A DNA stretch of 64,000 nt, taken from the NCBI GenBank assembly GCA_964429165.1, contig CAYSAN010000006.1, positions 7,118-71,117 on the forward strand. Direction: 5' to 3'. A model generated the notes under the pieces. It saw only the letters and a list, made by a program, of their open reading frames with translations, was not told where the DNA came from and made no database searches. Shown here piece after piece: positions 1-8,516 of this stretch. Made by a program: the position numbers and the translations under genes. Origin of the DNA: an uncultured Thermotogaceae bacterium. GTDB taxonomy: Bacteria > Bipolaricaulota > Bipolaricaulia > Bipolaricaulales > Bipolaricaulaceae. How positions within the stretch are numbered: the first letter of the stretch is position 1; each line of letters opens with the position of its first letter.

Positions 1-1006
1 GAAAACTCGCGAGGATCTGGAGGTCAGCCCAGCGCCGGATCTCAAGGGCATTGTTGGTGAGGACAGCAACTCTTTCCCCGTCAGGGATTACGCACACGTC
101 TTCTATGTACGGGGAGCCAAGGAGACAGTGGGCTCCATGTGCCGGAGGAGGCGGTGGCACCACGACCACAGGCTCAAGGTTAGAAAAGTCCGCAACCGAC
201 TTGGGAGCCAAGCCGACCAGAAGGGCAAGAGGAACGAGGAAGGGAAGAGCTAGCACTACCGGCCTCGCGTTTGGGATGACGGTGCTAGCCAAGACCTGAT
301 CGAGCTCGGCGCGAATCGTCCCCTCATGAGGAGACATGGAGATGAGTTCGTCAAACGCACTGGCCAGAACGCCAGCTAGCCAGGCGTGCATGATAACATG
401 AATGGCCATCCAAATTCCAAATCCCCCCGGCACCCAGCGGAGGCCGGCAAAGAAAGCCAAGACATCCCCTCCTGTCGCCAAGATGGCAAACAACACCAGC
501 ACCACGAACATCCTCCCCCGGTGACCGTGCAGGAGCGTGGCGCTCAAATCCCGTGGATTCAAGTAAGGGACTACCAGGGAAAGGAATGGGGCGAATACCC
601 AGGCCAAAGCCCGCAACACTCCTGGCACGATCAGGAGCAGGCTGGCAAGGAGCATCCTCAGAACAACGCTCCAGTAGGTGACCAGTGTAATCCGAGGTCG
701 GCGGACGAGTGGCAGGAACGTTGCCAGCGGGGATATGGATCCTCCGCGCCGAAGCCCGTAGGCCACAAGCAGCAGGCCCACCTCAAGCAGGGGCGCCACC
801 CCAAGGGCCAAGAGAAGCGCCAGGACCAGTCCGAGGGTGCTGCCAGGCCCCGTGACCACCCGCAGAGTCGGGACAGGAATGGGAAGCGTCCCGCTGCTCA
901 GGACGATCATCCCCAGTTCAAGGGTCAGAACGGTGAGGGCTGCGGTGAGGAGCACTGCGGGGCACCGCCGCACCAGGTGCAAACCCTCCCTCACCCACCG
1001 CATCAT
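1..1006 (-). CDS. integral membrane protein, partial (3' end beyond window start; start codon uncertain, ORF continues upstream of the ATG at 1006 without a stop)
   Basis: Own translation of minus strand from ~1012 to 1 gives an uninterrupted ORF with several hydrophobic helices (e.g. LVLALLLALGVAPLLEVGLLLVAYGL, FVVLVLFAILATGG) then a soluble C-terminal segment. Not in the ORF table because the stop lies outside the window. Confidence 0.4.
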   Translation of the reverse strand, partial: MMRWVREGLHLVRRCPAVLLTAALTVLTLELGMIVLSSGTLPIPVPTLRVVTGPGSTLGLVLALLLALGVAPLLEVGLLLVAYGLRRGGSISPLATFLPLVRRPRITLVTYWSVVLRMLLASLLLIVPGVLRALAWVFAPFLSLVVPYLNPRDLSATLLHGHRGRMFVVLVLFAILATGGDVLAFFAGLRWVPGGFGIWMAIHVIMHAWLAGVLASAFDELISMSPHEGTIRAELDQVLASTVIPNARPVVLALPFLVPLALLVGLAPKSVADFSNLEPVVVVPPPPPAHGAHCLLGSPYIEDVCVIPDGERVAVLTNNALEIRRWADLQILASF

Positions 1007-1183
1007 CGGGGCCTCCGAGCCAGTGCGTTTACTGGACCCTGGCCTGTTATTATTAGGAAGGGGCGGGGGCACCAGGTCGGGGTGAACAGAAACCGCTGCT
1101 AATCCAGGGTGGGCGAGTGCCCCTGGCGGAGTGAAACGGCCGGCACCGCGACGATGGGCCCACGAGGACCACGGCCGCCGACA

Positions 1184-1471
1184 TCAAGCACTAAGGAGCC
1201 AGAGCACCCGCGGACGTCGGTCCCGGGCCAACAGGGGAAAGGCGGACTGGGGGCCGCAGGCCCCGCGCATCCGGGCTGCCTCCGTCAGCGTTGGTACAAG
1301 ATCTTGCAAACCCCTTATCTGGGAACCGGTTAGGAACCCCAGGGCCAGGCGAGGAGGGTGGAAAGAGGGGTCTGCCTCAGGGTGAACAGCAGGAGGTGGC
1401 GCACATGCTACCCCCTGGGGCCAAAAGAAGACGAAAGCCAAGAGAAGAAGGGGAGGAGGGCCAAAGTCCAT
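1184..1471 (-). CDS. small hypothetical protein (95 aa) with hydrophobic N-terminus, possibly spurious
   Basis: ORF-table entry. ATG at 1471 is preceded on the minus strand by aggagcgagggcagg (SD-like) directly after the riboswitch-like remnant. Pro/Ala/Leu-rich, typical of high-GC artefacts. Confidence 0.2.
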   Translation of the reverse strand: MDFGPPPLLLLAFVFFWPQGVACAPPPAVHPEADPSFHPPRLALGFLTGSQIRGLQDLVPTLTEAARMRGACGPQSAFPLLARDRRPRVLWLLSA

Positions 1472-1560
1472 CCTGCCCTCGCTCCTTCAAGTGCACGGAT
1501 CAGGCTCCAGGGTGGAGGTATGTGCCTCCTCTCCGCCCTTTCGAGCTCCCTCAGTTACCC
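1472..1560 (-). promoter_or_regulatory. truncated TPP-riboswitch-like element (duplicate of the 5' half of the thi4 leader aptamer; lacks P3-P5 and the 3' strand of P1)
   Basis: Minus strand reads gggtaactgagggagctcgaaagggcggagaggaggcacatacctccaccctggagcctgatc, ~85% identical over ~63 nt to the aptamer 5' half at 5610-5672. The conserved CUGAGA is mutated to CGGAGA. Confidence 0.45.
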
Positions 1561-1652
1561 CATGTGCGCACCTTGTCCAGCCACACCTTGGTCGCTTTTT
1601 TGTCCCGGGTAATGTGGCCGGGAAGAGATAGCGTACGAAAAAAGCGCTGTGA

Positions 1653-2951
1653 TCACCCTTTTTCTTCCCCTTTGCCGAAAAGGAGGTTTTGATAAAGACG
1701 TCGGCGGGACATGGGACACAGGGGGCCGCACAACACGCAAGGGCCGGAGGCGAGGTCTTCCTTTCTATCGCGAAAGAGGTGCGGGTCCAGGGCAGCGCGA
1801 GCCATTCCCTCCCAGTCCAGCTGGCCCCGGGCGCGGGCCATCTGGTGGTCCAAAAGGCGCGTGCGGGTTAGCTTAACAATGTCGGCGATATGTGCGGCGA
1901 TCCGCGCGGCCATCACTCCCTGGCGCACTTCCTCTGGGGTGGGAAGCCCCAGGTGTTCAGCTGGGGTGACATAACACAGGAAATCCGCGCCGGCCGCGGC
2001 GGCAACCGCCCCTCCCACCGCAGCCACGATGTGGTCGTAGCCAGCGGCGATGTCGGTGGGAAGGGGCCCAAGAACATAGAAGGGCGCCCCACCACAGATC
2101 GACTTGGCAAGGCGCACCTGGACCTCGATTTGGTCCAAGGGCACATGCCCAGGCCCCTCCACCATCACCTGCACCCCGGCCTTCCAGGCCCGGCGTACAA
2201 GCTCACCCAAGGTGACGAGCTCCGCCAGCTGAAGCGCATCAGAGGCGTCGGCCAGGCACCCTGGCCGGAGCCCATCCCCTAAACTCAGGACCACATCGTA
2301 GCTTTTGGCGATATCCAAAAGCTCGGCGAAATGAGCATAGAGCGGGTTTTCCTGGCCGTGGTGGATCATCCAGTCGATATGAAGGGCTCCGCCCCGGGAG
2401 ACCACCCCCGTGAGCCTCCCCCCGGCCTCAAGAAGGGGCAGGACCTTCCGGGTTACCCCACAGTGAACGGTCATGAAATCCACCCCGCTTTCAGCTTGGC
2501 GCTCGATGATGGATAGCAGCTCTTCGGCAGCATAGGCCACCACAGTTCCTTCTTTTGCTAAGGCCTCCATCGCTGCCTGGTAAACGGGGACAGTCCCCAA
2601 CGGGAGTGCCACCTCCCGCATGATCCTCTCCCTGATCGCTGAGAGATCCCCGCCGAGGGAGAGATCCATCACCGTGTCGGCGCCGGCATGTTGGGCCACG
2701 CGAGCCTTGCAGAGCTCCCGCTCCGGATCAGGATTCACAGGGGTGGTTCCCACGTTGGCGTTCACCTTGGTCCGCAGGCCTTCTCCCACCCCCACGGGGC
2801 GGATGTCCCGGCCAGCGTTTTTCAAGATCACGATGCGCCCGCTCTCCACCCCAGCGCGAACAGATTCAGGATCAAGCCCCTCCGCCCGGGCCACCTCCTC
2901 CATCTCCGGGGTGATCCGACCCTTCCTAGCCGCAAGAAGCTGGGTGCCCAC
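1653..2951 (-). CDS. thiC: phosphomethylpyrimidine synthase ThiC (GTG start with AAGGAGG 6 nt upstream; the table ORF extends to 3041)
   Basis: GRITPEMEEVA motif, radical-SAM-type ThiC C-terminus with CVLCGPLCPM cluster; GTG at 2951 preceded by gcggaaaggagggccaaag on the minus strand. Confidence 0.9.
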   Translation of the reverse strand: MGTQLLAARKGRITPEMEEVARAEGLDPESVRAGVESGRIVILKNAGRDIRPVGVGEGLRTKVNANVGTTPVNPDPERELCKARVAQHAGADTVMDLSLGGDLSAIRERIMREVALPLGTVPVYQAAMEALAKEGTVVAYAAEELLSIIERQAESGVDFMTVHCGVTRKVLPLLEAGGRLTGVVSRGGALHIDWMIHHGQENPLYAHFAELLDIAKSYDVVLSLGDGLRPGCLADASDALQLAELVTLGELVRRAWKAGVQVMVEGPGHVPLDQIEVQVRLAKSICGGAPFYVLGPLPTDIAAGYDHIVAAVGGAVAAAAGADFLCYVTPAEHLGLPTPEEVRQGVMAARIAAHIADIVKLTRTRLLDHQMARARGQLDWEGMARAALDPHLFRDRKEDLASGPCVLCGPLCPMSRRRLYQNLLFGKGEEKG

Positions 2952-3426
2952 CTTTGGCCCTCCTTTCCGCTTGATGCTCGAGACTGATCTCAGAGAGCTC
3001 CGCGAGCACTTCCGGATGAGCCCGCACCAGTTTGTCCACAAGGTGTAGATAGCGAGCTATCCGAACGGTCTCAGGGGCGACTTCATGGGTCTTTCCCTCC
3101 ACTACCACCAGGTGCCGGACCGGCAGGGCGTGACTCGAGGTCAGATATATAGCCTCGTTCACCAGCGCATGGAGGAGGGAGCAATGGGGTGAGCCACCCA
3201 CGGTGAGCACGATGAGCCCCTTGGGAGAAGCGGAACGGATGATGGAGGCAAGTTTTCCGATCACGTGCTGGTCAGCCTCCGCCTCCGGGCAGATGGTGAG
3301 AACGGTCCGGCCCTGGGAAAAACTCTCGCTAATCTGTGGCCACACGCTTCCAAGGCACTCCGATAGGAGCAAAATTTCTGCTCCCCGCAGCTGAGGGTGT
3401 TTGACCCAGGTTTCAAAGAGCTTCAA
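2926..3426 (-). CDS. CbiX/SirB-like alpha/beta domain protein lacking the catalytic His (true start may be TTG at 3372)
   Basis: Fills the thiDN-thiC gap on the same strand. Pattern [11 protein letters not shown]...[13 protein letters not shown] resembles the two half-motifs of small CbiX chelatases (LVGHGS -> SECLGS). Family assignment is by eye only. Confidence 0.45.
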   Translation of the reverse strand: MKLFETWVKHPQLRGAEILLLSECLGSVWPQISESFSQGRTVLTICPEAEADQHVIGKLASIIRSASPKGLIVLTVGGSPHCSLLHALVNEAIYLTSSHALPVRHLVVVEGKTHEVAPETVRIARYLHLVDKLVRAHPEVLAELSEISLEHQAERRAKGGHPASCG

Positions 3427-4759
3427 CCTTGCCCTCCCTTAGGTGCTCGAGGATCGCGAGCACCTTGTCCACCACCTCGGCCGCGTTTTTGCCCAACACC
3501 CGCACCATGGGCTCTTTGCCCATCCCTCCTCGATCGTAGATGAAGTCCGGGATGCCCCTGAAGGCCGCCAAGGCCTTCCTAGCCCCCCAGGGAAGGGATT
3601 TCCCCTCCTCTTCCGGCTCACCGGTGCGATCGAAGAAGGCGGAGGAGAGGCCGGCCCGGGTGGCTGCGGCCAAGACGGTCTCCCCAAACCGGATGTTCAT
3701 CGCAGCGCGAACGTGGGGATGCTCCTCCCGCACCGCGAGCAGGAACCGCGCCATGTGGAGGGAGGCGCCCAGGCGGGGCTCACCGATCCTGACCCCATCC
3801 GAGGTGCGAACAATTCGACCATCCACCCCGGCCACGTCCTCCGGACCCAGGGCGTAGGGGGTGGCCAGGACGAAGTTGCTTCCCACCTCCGGGATGAGCT
3901 CAGCCACCCCGGCTTGGGCCAACCGCCGCAGGGCGGCTCGGAGCTCCTCCACAACGGCAAGCCGGGCGGCGGCATTGCGGAGCTCAGCCAGGTGCTGGAC
4001 CGGACCATGTCCTCCCCCCAGGGGGAAGGCGTAGCGCAAGGCGCGCGTGAGAAAAGCCTCGGCCCTGGCCACCGCGTCCGGGAGCGCCTCGCCCAGGGCG
4101 AGTCCGGCACAAATCGCTGCGGAAAGGGCGCAGCCTGTTCCGTGGGTGTGCGGATGGGATAGTCTCGGGCGGCGAAACTCCCAGACCTCATCGCCGGTCG
4201 CAAGCACGTCCACCACTTCTTCTCCCGGGAGGTGTCCGCCCTTGACGAGGGCAGCGCCAGAAATCCGCGCCAGAAACCGGGCCGCCTCCACCTGGTCCTC
4301 CTTGGACTTGATACGCACGCCGCTCAGGATCTCGGCCTCGGGCACATTGGGCGTCACAAGGACCGCAAGCGGAAGGAGTTCTTCCCGCAGGGCTCCAACA
4401 GCGTCCGCCGCAAGAAGCCGGGCCCCAGACTTAGCCACCATCACCGGATCCACCACCAGGGGAAACCTGTGCCGTCGAAGGAACCCAGCCACGGCCCGGA
4501 CGATTTCAGTATCCCCAAGCATTCCACACTTTCCAGCATCGACCCCGATGTCCTCGACCACGGCCTCGATCTGGGAGACCACAAACTCCGGAGGGAGGAC
4601 GTGCATGGCCCGCACTTCCTTGGTGTTTTGGGCGGTGACGGCGCACAGGGCGCTCATTCCAAAACACCCAAAGGCCTCGAAGGTTTTGAGGTCCGCCTGA
4701 ATCCCCGCCCCGCCTCCGGAGTCGCTCCCAGCGATTGTCAGACACCGTGGTATTGTCAT
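3413..4759 (-). CDS. thiD: bifunctional hydroxymethylpyrimidine/phosphomethylpyrimidine kinase ThiD fused to thiamine-phosphate synthase ThiN domain (ThiDN); start at internal Met 61 of table ORF 3413..4939
   Basis: N-terminal [19 protein letters not shown] (ThiD/PfkB fold) and a C-terminal ~180 aa ThiN-like domain; ATGA overlap with the thi4 stop. Confidence 0.85.
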   Translation of the reverse strand: MTIPRCLTIAGSDSGGGAGIQADLKTFEAFGCFGMSALCAVTAQNTKEVRAMHVLPPEFVVSQIEAVVEDIGVDAGKCGMLGDTEIVRAVAGFLRRHRFPLVVDPVMVAKSGARLLAADAVGALREELLPLAVLVTPNVPEAEILSGVRIKSKEDQVEAARFLARISGAALVKGGHLPGEEVVDVLATGDEVWEFRRPRLSHPHTHGTGCALSAAICAGLALGEALPDAVARAEAFLTRALRYAFPLGGGHGPVQHLAELRNAAARLAVVEELRAALRRLAQAGVAELIPEVGSNFVLATPYALGPEDVAGVDGRIVRTSDGVRIGEPRLGASLHMARFLLAVREEHPHVRAAMNIRFGETVLAAATRAGLSSAFFDRTGEPEEEGKSLPWGARKALAAFRGIPDFIYDRGGMGKEPMVRVLGKNAAEVVDKVLAILEHLREGKVEAL

Positions 4760-5535
4760 GAGGAGAGCTCCTTTCCAATGAGCTCTGCCGCCCTTTGCCC
4801 CGAAAGGAGCATCCCCCCAAAGATCGGGCCCATCCTGGGGGTGCCGAACACTGCGGCCACGGCCATGCCCGCCACATAGAGTCCGGGAAAGACCATCCCA
4901 GTCCGCTCCACCACCTGCTTCTCCCCCTCCTCGGCCCACATCGGGGCCTCGCCAAGAAGGGCGCCGGTGGGGGTGGGAAGACGGGCTCCTGTCTTCTCCA
5001 CAAGCCTCCGCACCAGCTCCGCGCTGTGGCCAGTGGCGTCCAGCACCGCGCGGGCCTCAAGGCTGAGGGGATCCACATGGAACCCAGCCCGCACCACCGG
5101 GGCCCACTGAATCACCACCCCCTGTACCCGGCCGTGGCGCACCACCAAATCTTCTACAGCGATGGCATTGAAGATCCGGGCACCTGCGCGTAGGGCCGTC
5201 AAGGTGAGAGCAGCCACGGCTTCAATGGCGTCAGCCACATAGTACCCCTCCCCCTGGGGGGTGACCCGCGCGCCAGCCCGAGCCAAAAGAGCCTGGGCCG
5301 GCTCTTGGACGACAACGCGGCTGAACAAGGCTCCGCCGCCCCACATCCCCCCGCCTACCGCCAGATTCCTCTCCAGCACCACCACCGCATGGCCGCGCGC
5401 GGCAAGATGCCAGGCCGCAGTGAGACCAGCTGGCCCAGCGCCAACCACTACCACGGAGGACCGCAAGGAGCCAAGCAGGTCCTCAACGTAGGAGCGAAGG
5501 ATAAGCTCGCTCACGCGAACGTCCTCAATGGACAT
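4756..5535 (-). CDS. thi4: thiazole synthase Thi4 (archaeal/eukaryotic type), cysteine-free
   Basis: [14 protein letters not shown] dinucleotide-binding motif, DATGH motif, GMxxxG C-terminus; the translated protein contains no Cys at all. Confidence 0.9.
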   Translation of the reverse strand: MSIEDVRVSELILRSYVEDLLGSLRSSVVVVGAGPAGLTAAWHLAARGHAVVVLERNLAVGGGMWGGGALFSRVVVQEPAQALLARAGARVTPQGEGYYVADAIEAVAALTLTALRAGARIFNAIAVEDLVVRHGRVQGVVIQWAPVVRAGFHVDPLSLEARAVLDATGHSAELVRRLVEKTGARLPTPTGALLGEAPMWAEEGEKQVVERTGMVFPGLYVAGMAVAAVFGTPRMGPIFGGMLLSGQRAAELIGKELSS

Positions 5536-5539
5536 AAAA

Positions 5540-5672
5540 CCTCCTTGGGCGCAAAGGGAAGGGGAATTTCTGCGGTCCAGGGTAACCTTCCCTTCGCTGG
5601 TATTACCCAGATCAGGTTCCAGGGTCGAGGCATGTGCCTCCTCTCAGCCCTTTCGAGCTCCCCTAGTTACCC
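5540..5672 (-). ncRNA. TPP (THI-box) riboswitch in the thi4-thiDN-cbiX-like-thiC operon leader
   Basis: Minus strand: gggtaac-tag-gggagctcgaaagggCTGAGAgg...ACCTGATCTGGGTAATACCAGCGAAGGGAAggttaccc. P1 GGGUAAC/GUUACCC, CUGAGA and the pyrimidine-binding ACCUGAUCUGG..CCAGCGAAGGGAA all present; ccttccc anti-SD candidate precedes the ccaaggagg SD and ATG at 5535. Confidence 0.85.
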
Positions 5673-6118
5673 TCAGGCCAGAATTATAAAAGTTTTGGGG
5701 CAGCCTACCATGAGCCACAAAGGTATTGCCATCTTTCCCCGCGAGAGGAACTCCCTCCCTGTGGGGAAGAAGCTCACGAGCGGTCCCCACAGGATGGCTG
5801 AGCAGAGCTCGTGATCCACGCCGCCCCCCAGAGCGAGATCCCTTGTAACTCGTTGGACAGAGGAGTCCCAGGCTCACAAGAGGGAGCCCGGCCACGGCCC
5901 AAAGAAGGACCACCCGAGGAGGGCCTCGATCGGTGCCGCGCCAGGTGCCACCACGAGGGCCACCCCGCCTCGATCCCCCTATTTCTCGCTTCTCCTCTCC
6001 GAGGCCGAGCACCGTCGCGTCGTCACCGATCCCCCTGCCGCGTCCTCGTCCTGCGAAATGACTCCATGGTCCTCAGAAGCGAAGTCCTCCGCGTGGATCC
6101 AGGACGGGGCCGCGGATT

Positions 6119-6622
6119 TCAGGGGGATCCGGTACGTCGAGGCCCCCCGGCCCAGGGTGGACGTCCAGGCCTACGCGCAGTGATCACCGTGCCATCGGCC
6201 AGGACTAACGCGCAGATATCAATCCCCGGCGTGCGGGGCGACGCGAGCCAAGTGGGCCCCAGACTGACCTCGCCGATCACCCGCACTTGCTGGCCGATGG
6301 GGAGATTGAGTTGGTGATACCAGAGGGGGCCGCCGTCAATAACGATCCGCCCCGTCCCATCATCCAAAACGTAGTCATTGTCTCCAAGATGTTGGACAAT
6401 TTGACCGCTGACAGCGACCACCTGATCGCGCACTGGGTTGACCAGTATTTGGGCAATAGTTGCCTGGACCAGACCTTGCGCCGAAGCCACCCCGAACCAC
6501 GTTCCATGTGTAGAGCTAGTGGTGAACAAGACCGTCAGTAGCACCGCCAAACCTGGCCCCCACCAGCTTTTCCTGCTCGTCGCGATGAATTTTTTCATGG
6601 CTTTCATCATTTTCCCCGCCAC
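6119..6622 (-). CDS. secreted OB-fold (YgiW/BOF-like) protein with signal peptide
   Basis: N-terminal KK..hydrophobic signal, DNDYVLDDGTGRIVID and VRVIGEV motifs resembling the BOF/YgiW family; C-terminal tail of low confidence. Confidence 0.5.
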   Translation of the reverse strand: MAGKMMKAMKKFIATSRKSWWGPGLAVLLTVLFTTSSTHGTWFGVASAQGLVQATIAQILVNPVRDQVVAVSGQIVQHLGDNDYVLDDGTGRIVIDGGPLWYHQLNLPIGQQVRVIGEVSLGPTWLASPRTPGIDICALVLADGTVITARRPGRPPWAGGPRRTGSP

Positions 6623-6782
6623 TTCTCCTGGTTCACTTTATGCCTCACCCCACCGCCTGTCAGGCCCAGGGCTTGGTGCGCAAAAATCGTGACCAGACAA
6701 TGCCCATCCGAGCAAAAGGCAAAGGAGGAGCCCCAGCCTCGCCCATGGAGAACCGTGCGCGCTCAGAGACCACGCACATAAA

Positions 6783-6807
6783 CCCGCGGGACGTATCGCC
6801 CCGCGGG
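6783..6807 (-). terminator. candidate intrinsic terminator downstream of the acyl-CoA ligase gene (8-bp palindromic stem CCCGCGGG, 9-nt loop, then UUUAU on the minus strand)
   Basis: cccgcgggacgtatcgccccgcggg; minus-strand 3' flank tttatgt. Confidence 0.4.
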
Positions 6808-6839
6808 TCAGCTCTCACCACCTCTGCCCGTACGCCTTA

Positions 6840-8516
6840 TCAGCGGCGCACCGGCCTGTTCACATAAAGATGGCGCTTGATCTCCTGTTTCGTGCTCTTC
6901 TCAAAGGGTTTATCCACCACGATGAGCGATTCTTTGTCCCGCAGGCGCTTAAAAGGCGCCAAGTTCTGCTGGGCCTCTTTGATCTTTCCCCACAGGAACT
7001 CCTGGGCTTGGGCAAGATCCGCAATTCCTCGCTGCTTAAGAAGGTCCCAGTTGGGATAGACCATGGCGGCGACCAGGGGCTGGCCACGAGAGGTGTCCTC
7101 GTACACCAGGACCTCCGCGACCTCGGGAATGCGGGCGAATTCCCACTCCACCTCCTCCGGATACACCTTTTTCCCGGACTCCAACATGATCATGTTCTTT
7201 TGGCGGCCCACCAGGAAGAGACGACCGTCCCGGTCGAGCCGGCCCACGTCTCCTGTGCGGAACCAGCCATCTTCGGTGAAGACCTCCTGAGTGCGCCGCG
7301 GGTTCTTGTAGTAGCCGAGCATCACGTTGGGGCCGCGGGCCAAGACCTCGCCAAATCCCTCGGGATCGGACCGGTCGATCTTGATCTGCACCCCCGGGAG
7401 GGGCTTCCCCACCGTGCCCGGCGGATCAAATGCTTGGGAGAGGGTCAGAACCGGTGCGGTCTCGGTGAGGCCGTAGCCCTCCATGATGCCGATGCCCATG
7501 CGGCGCAGCGCGCCAGCCACCTCAGGATGAAGCGGGGCTCCGCCGGAGATGAAAAAGCGGAACTGCTCGCCCAAAAGCTTCTTCTTTATCAGCTTTCCCA
7601 AGAGCCGCGGGGCCACCTTGAACAAAACCCGCCTCACCAGGCTGGCCTGGATGTTGTCGGAAAGCCTGCGCCAAAGCCCATGATAAAGCTTGGGCACGCC
7701 AATGAGGATGGTTACCCCCACCTTTTGGGCGATGGGGATGAGGTTGCGGTAGTCGTCGGTATAGGTGACAGAGGCTCCCACCCACAGGGGCGCAAGGAAG
7801 CTGGCGGTGAGGCCATAGATGTGGTACCAGGGCACGATGGTCAGGGCGCGGTCCTCGGGACCAACTTGGATTGCCTTGAGCATAGCCTCGATGTTGGCGG
7901 TGATGTTGCGGTGGCAGAGCATGACGCCCTTGGAGTCCCCCGTGGTCCCGGAGGTGTACATGAGGATTGCGAGATCTTCCGGATCAGGCTTGTGCTCCGC
8001 CGTCTTCCCCCCCTCGGAAAGGACGTCCCACAGGGAGAGGGCACCCACGGCCTCCTCCAGGGCCACCACCTCCCGCAGGCTGGGCACGGCTTTGACCAGG
8101 GGGGAAAGCTCGGTGTACCGGTCAGGAGCGCAGAAAAGAACAACCGCCTCCGCCTCGCCGAGAAGGCGCTGGACCTCCGCCACCTGGAGGCTGGCGTCCA
8201 GGGGCATGGCCACCGCGCCCAACCGCTGAATGGCCACAAACGCCACCGCCCAGCCCCGCGAGGGCTTGGCCAGCATGGCCACGCGATCGCCGGGCTCCAC
8301 GCCCCGGGCGGAGAGCCACGCCGCTAGCCTACCCCCCAGCTCCCAAAGCTCCCGATACGTGGTCTCCTGGATGGTGACGCGCCCCTCGTGGCTCACAGGG
8401 AGACGCAGGGCCACGCGTTCGCCATAGGTGCGGGCCACGCGGGCCAGGAATTCGGGAATGGTGGGGTAACGCCTTCCCCGCACCATCGTGCTTATGTACT
8501 GCTTATTGGTGCTCAT
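6840..8516 (-). CDS. long-chain fatty-acid--CoA ligase (AMP-binding enzyme family)
   Basis: MYTSGTTGDSKGV AMP-binding motif, GYGLTE, GWFRTGD motifs. Confidence 0.85.
   Translation of the reverse strand: MSTNKQYISTMVRGRRYPTIPEFLARVARTYGERVALRLPVSHEGRVTIQETTYRELWELGGRLAAWLSARGVEPGDRVAMLAKPSRGWAVAFVAIQRLGAVAMPLDASLQVAEVQRLLGEAEAVVLFCAPDRYTELSPLVKAVPSLREVVALEEAVGALSLWDVLSEGGKTAEHKPDPEDLAILMYTSGTTGDSKGVMLCHRNITANIEAMLKAIQVGPEDRALTIVPWYHIYGLTASFLAPLWVGASVTYTDDYRNLIPIAQKVGVTILIGVPKLYHGLWRRLSDNIQASLVRRVLFKVAPRLLGKLIKKKLLGEQFRFFISGGAPLHPEVAGALRRMGIGIMEGYGLTETAPVLTLSQAFDPPGTVGKPLPGVQIKIDRSDPEGFGEVLARGPNVMLGYYKNPRRTQEVFTEDGWFRTGDVGRLDRDGRLFLVGRQKNMIMLESGKKVYPEEVEWEFARIPEVAEVLVYEDTSRGQPLVAAMVYPNWDLLKQRGIADLAQAQEFLWGKIKEAQQNLAPFKRLRDKESLIVVDKPFEKSTKQEIKRHLYVNRPVRR

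Noticed and set aside
386-1102. 238-aa plus-strand ORF rich in His/Gln/Pro/Arg
   Set aside because: Antisense to the membrane-protein ORF; composition typical of wrong-frame translation in high-GC DNA.
5644-6012. 122-aa minus-strand ORF
   Set aside because: Overlaps the TPP riboswitch aptamer and promoter; Gly/Arg-rich artefact.
6870-8327. 485-aa plus-strand ORF (and many other long ORFs such as 9836..11125-, 11745..12860+, 13656..15011-, 22971..24029-, 29606..31042-, 46604..47863-, 52167..53468-)
   Set aside because: Each lies antisense to or out of frame with a confidently assigned conserved gene. Arg/Pro/Gly-rich low-complexity translations expected from ~67% GC sequence.
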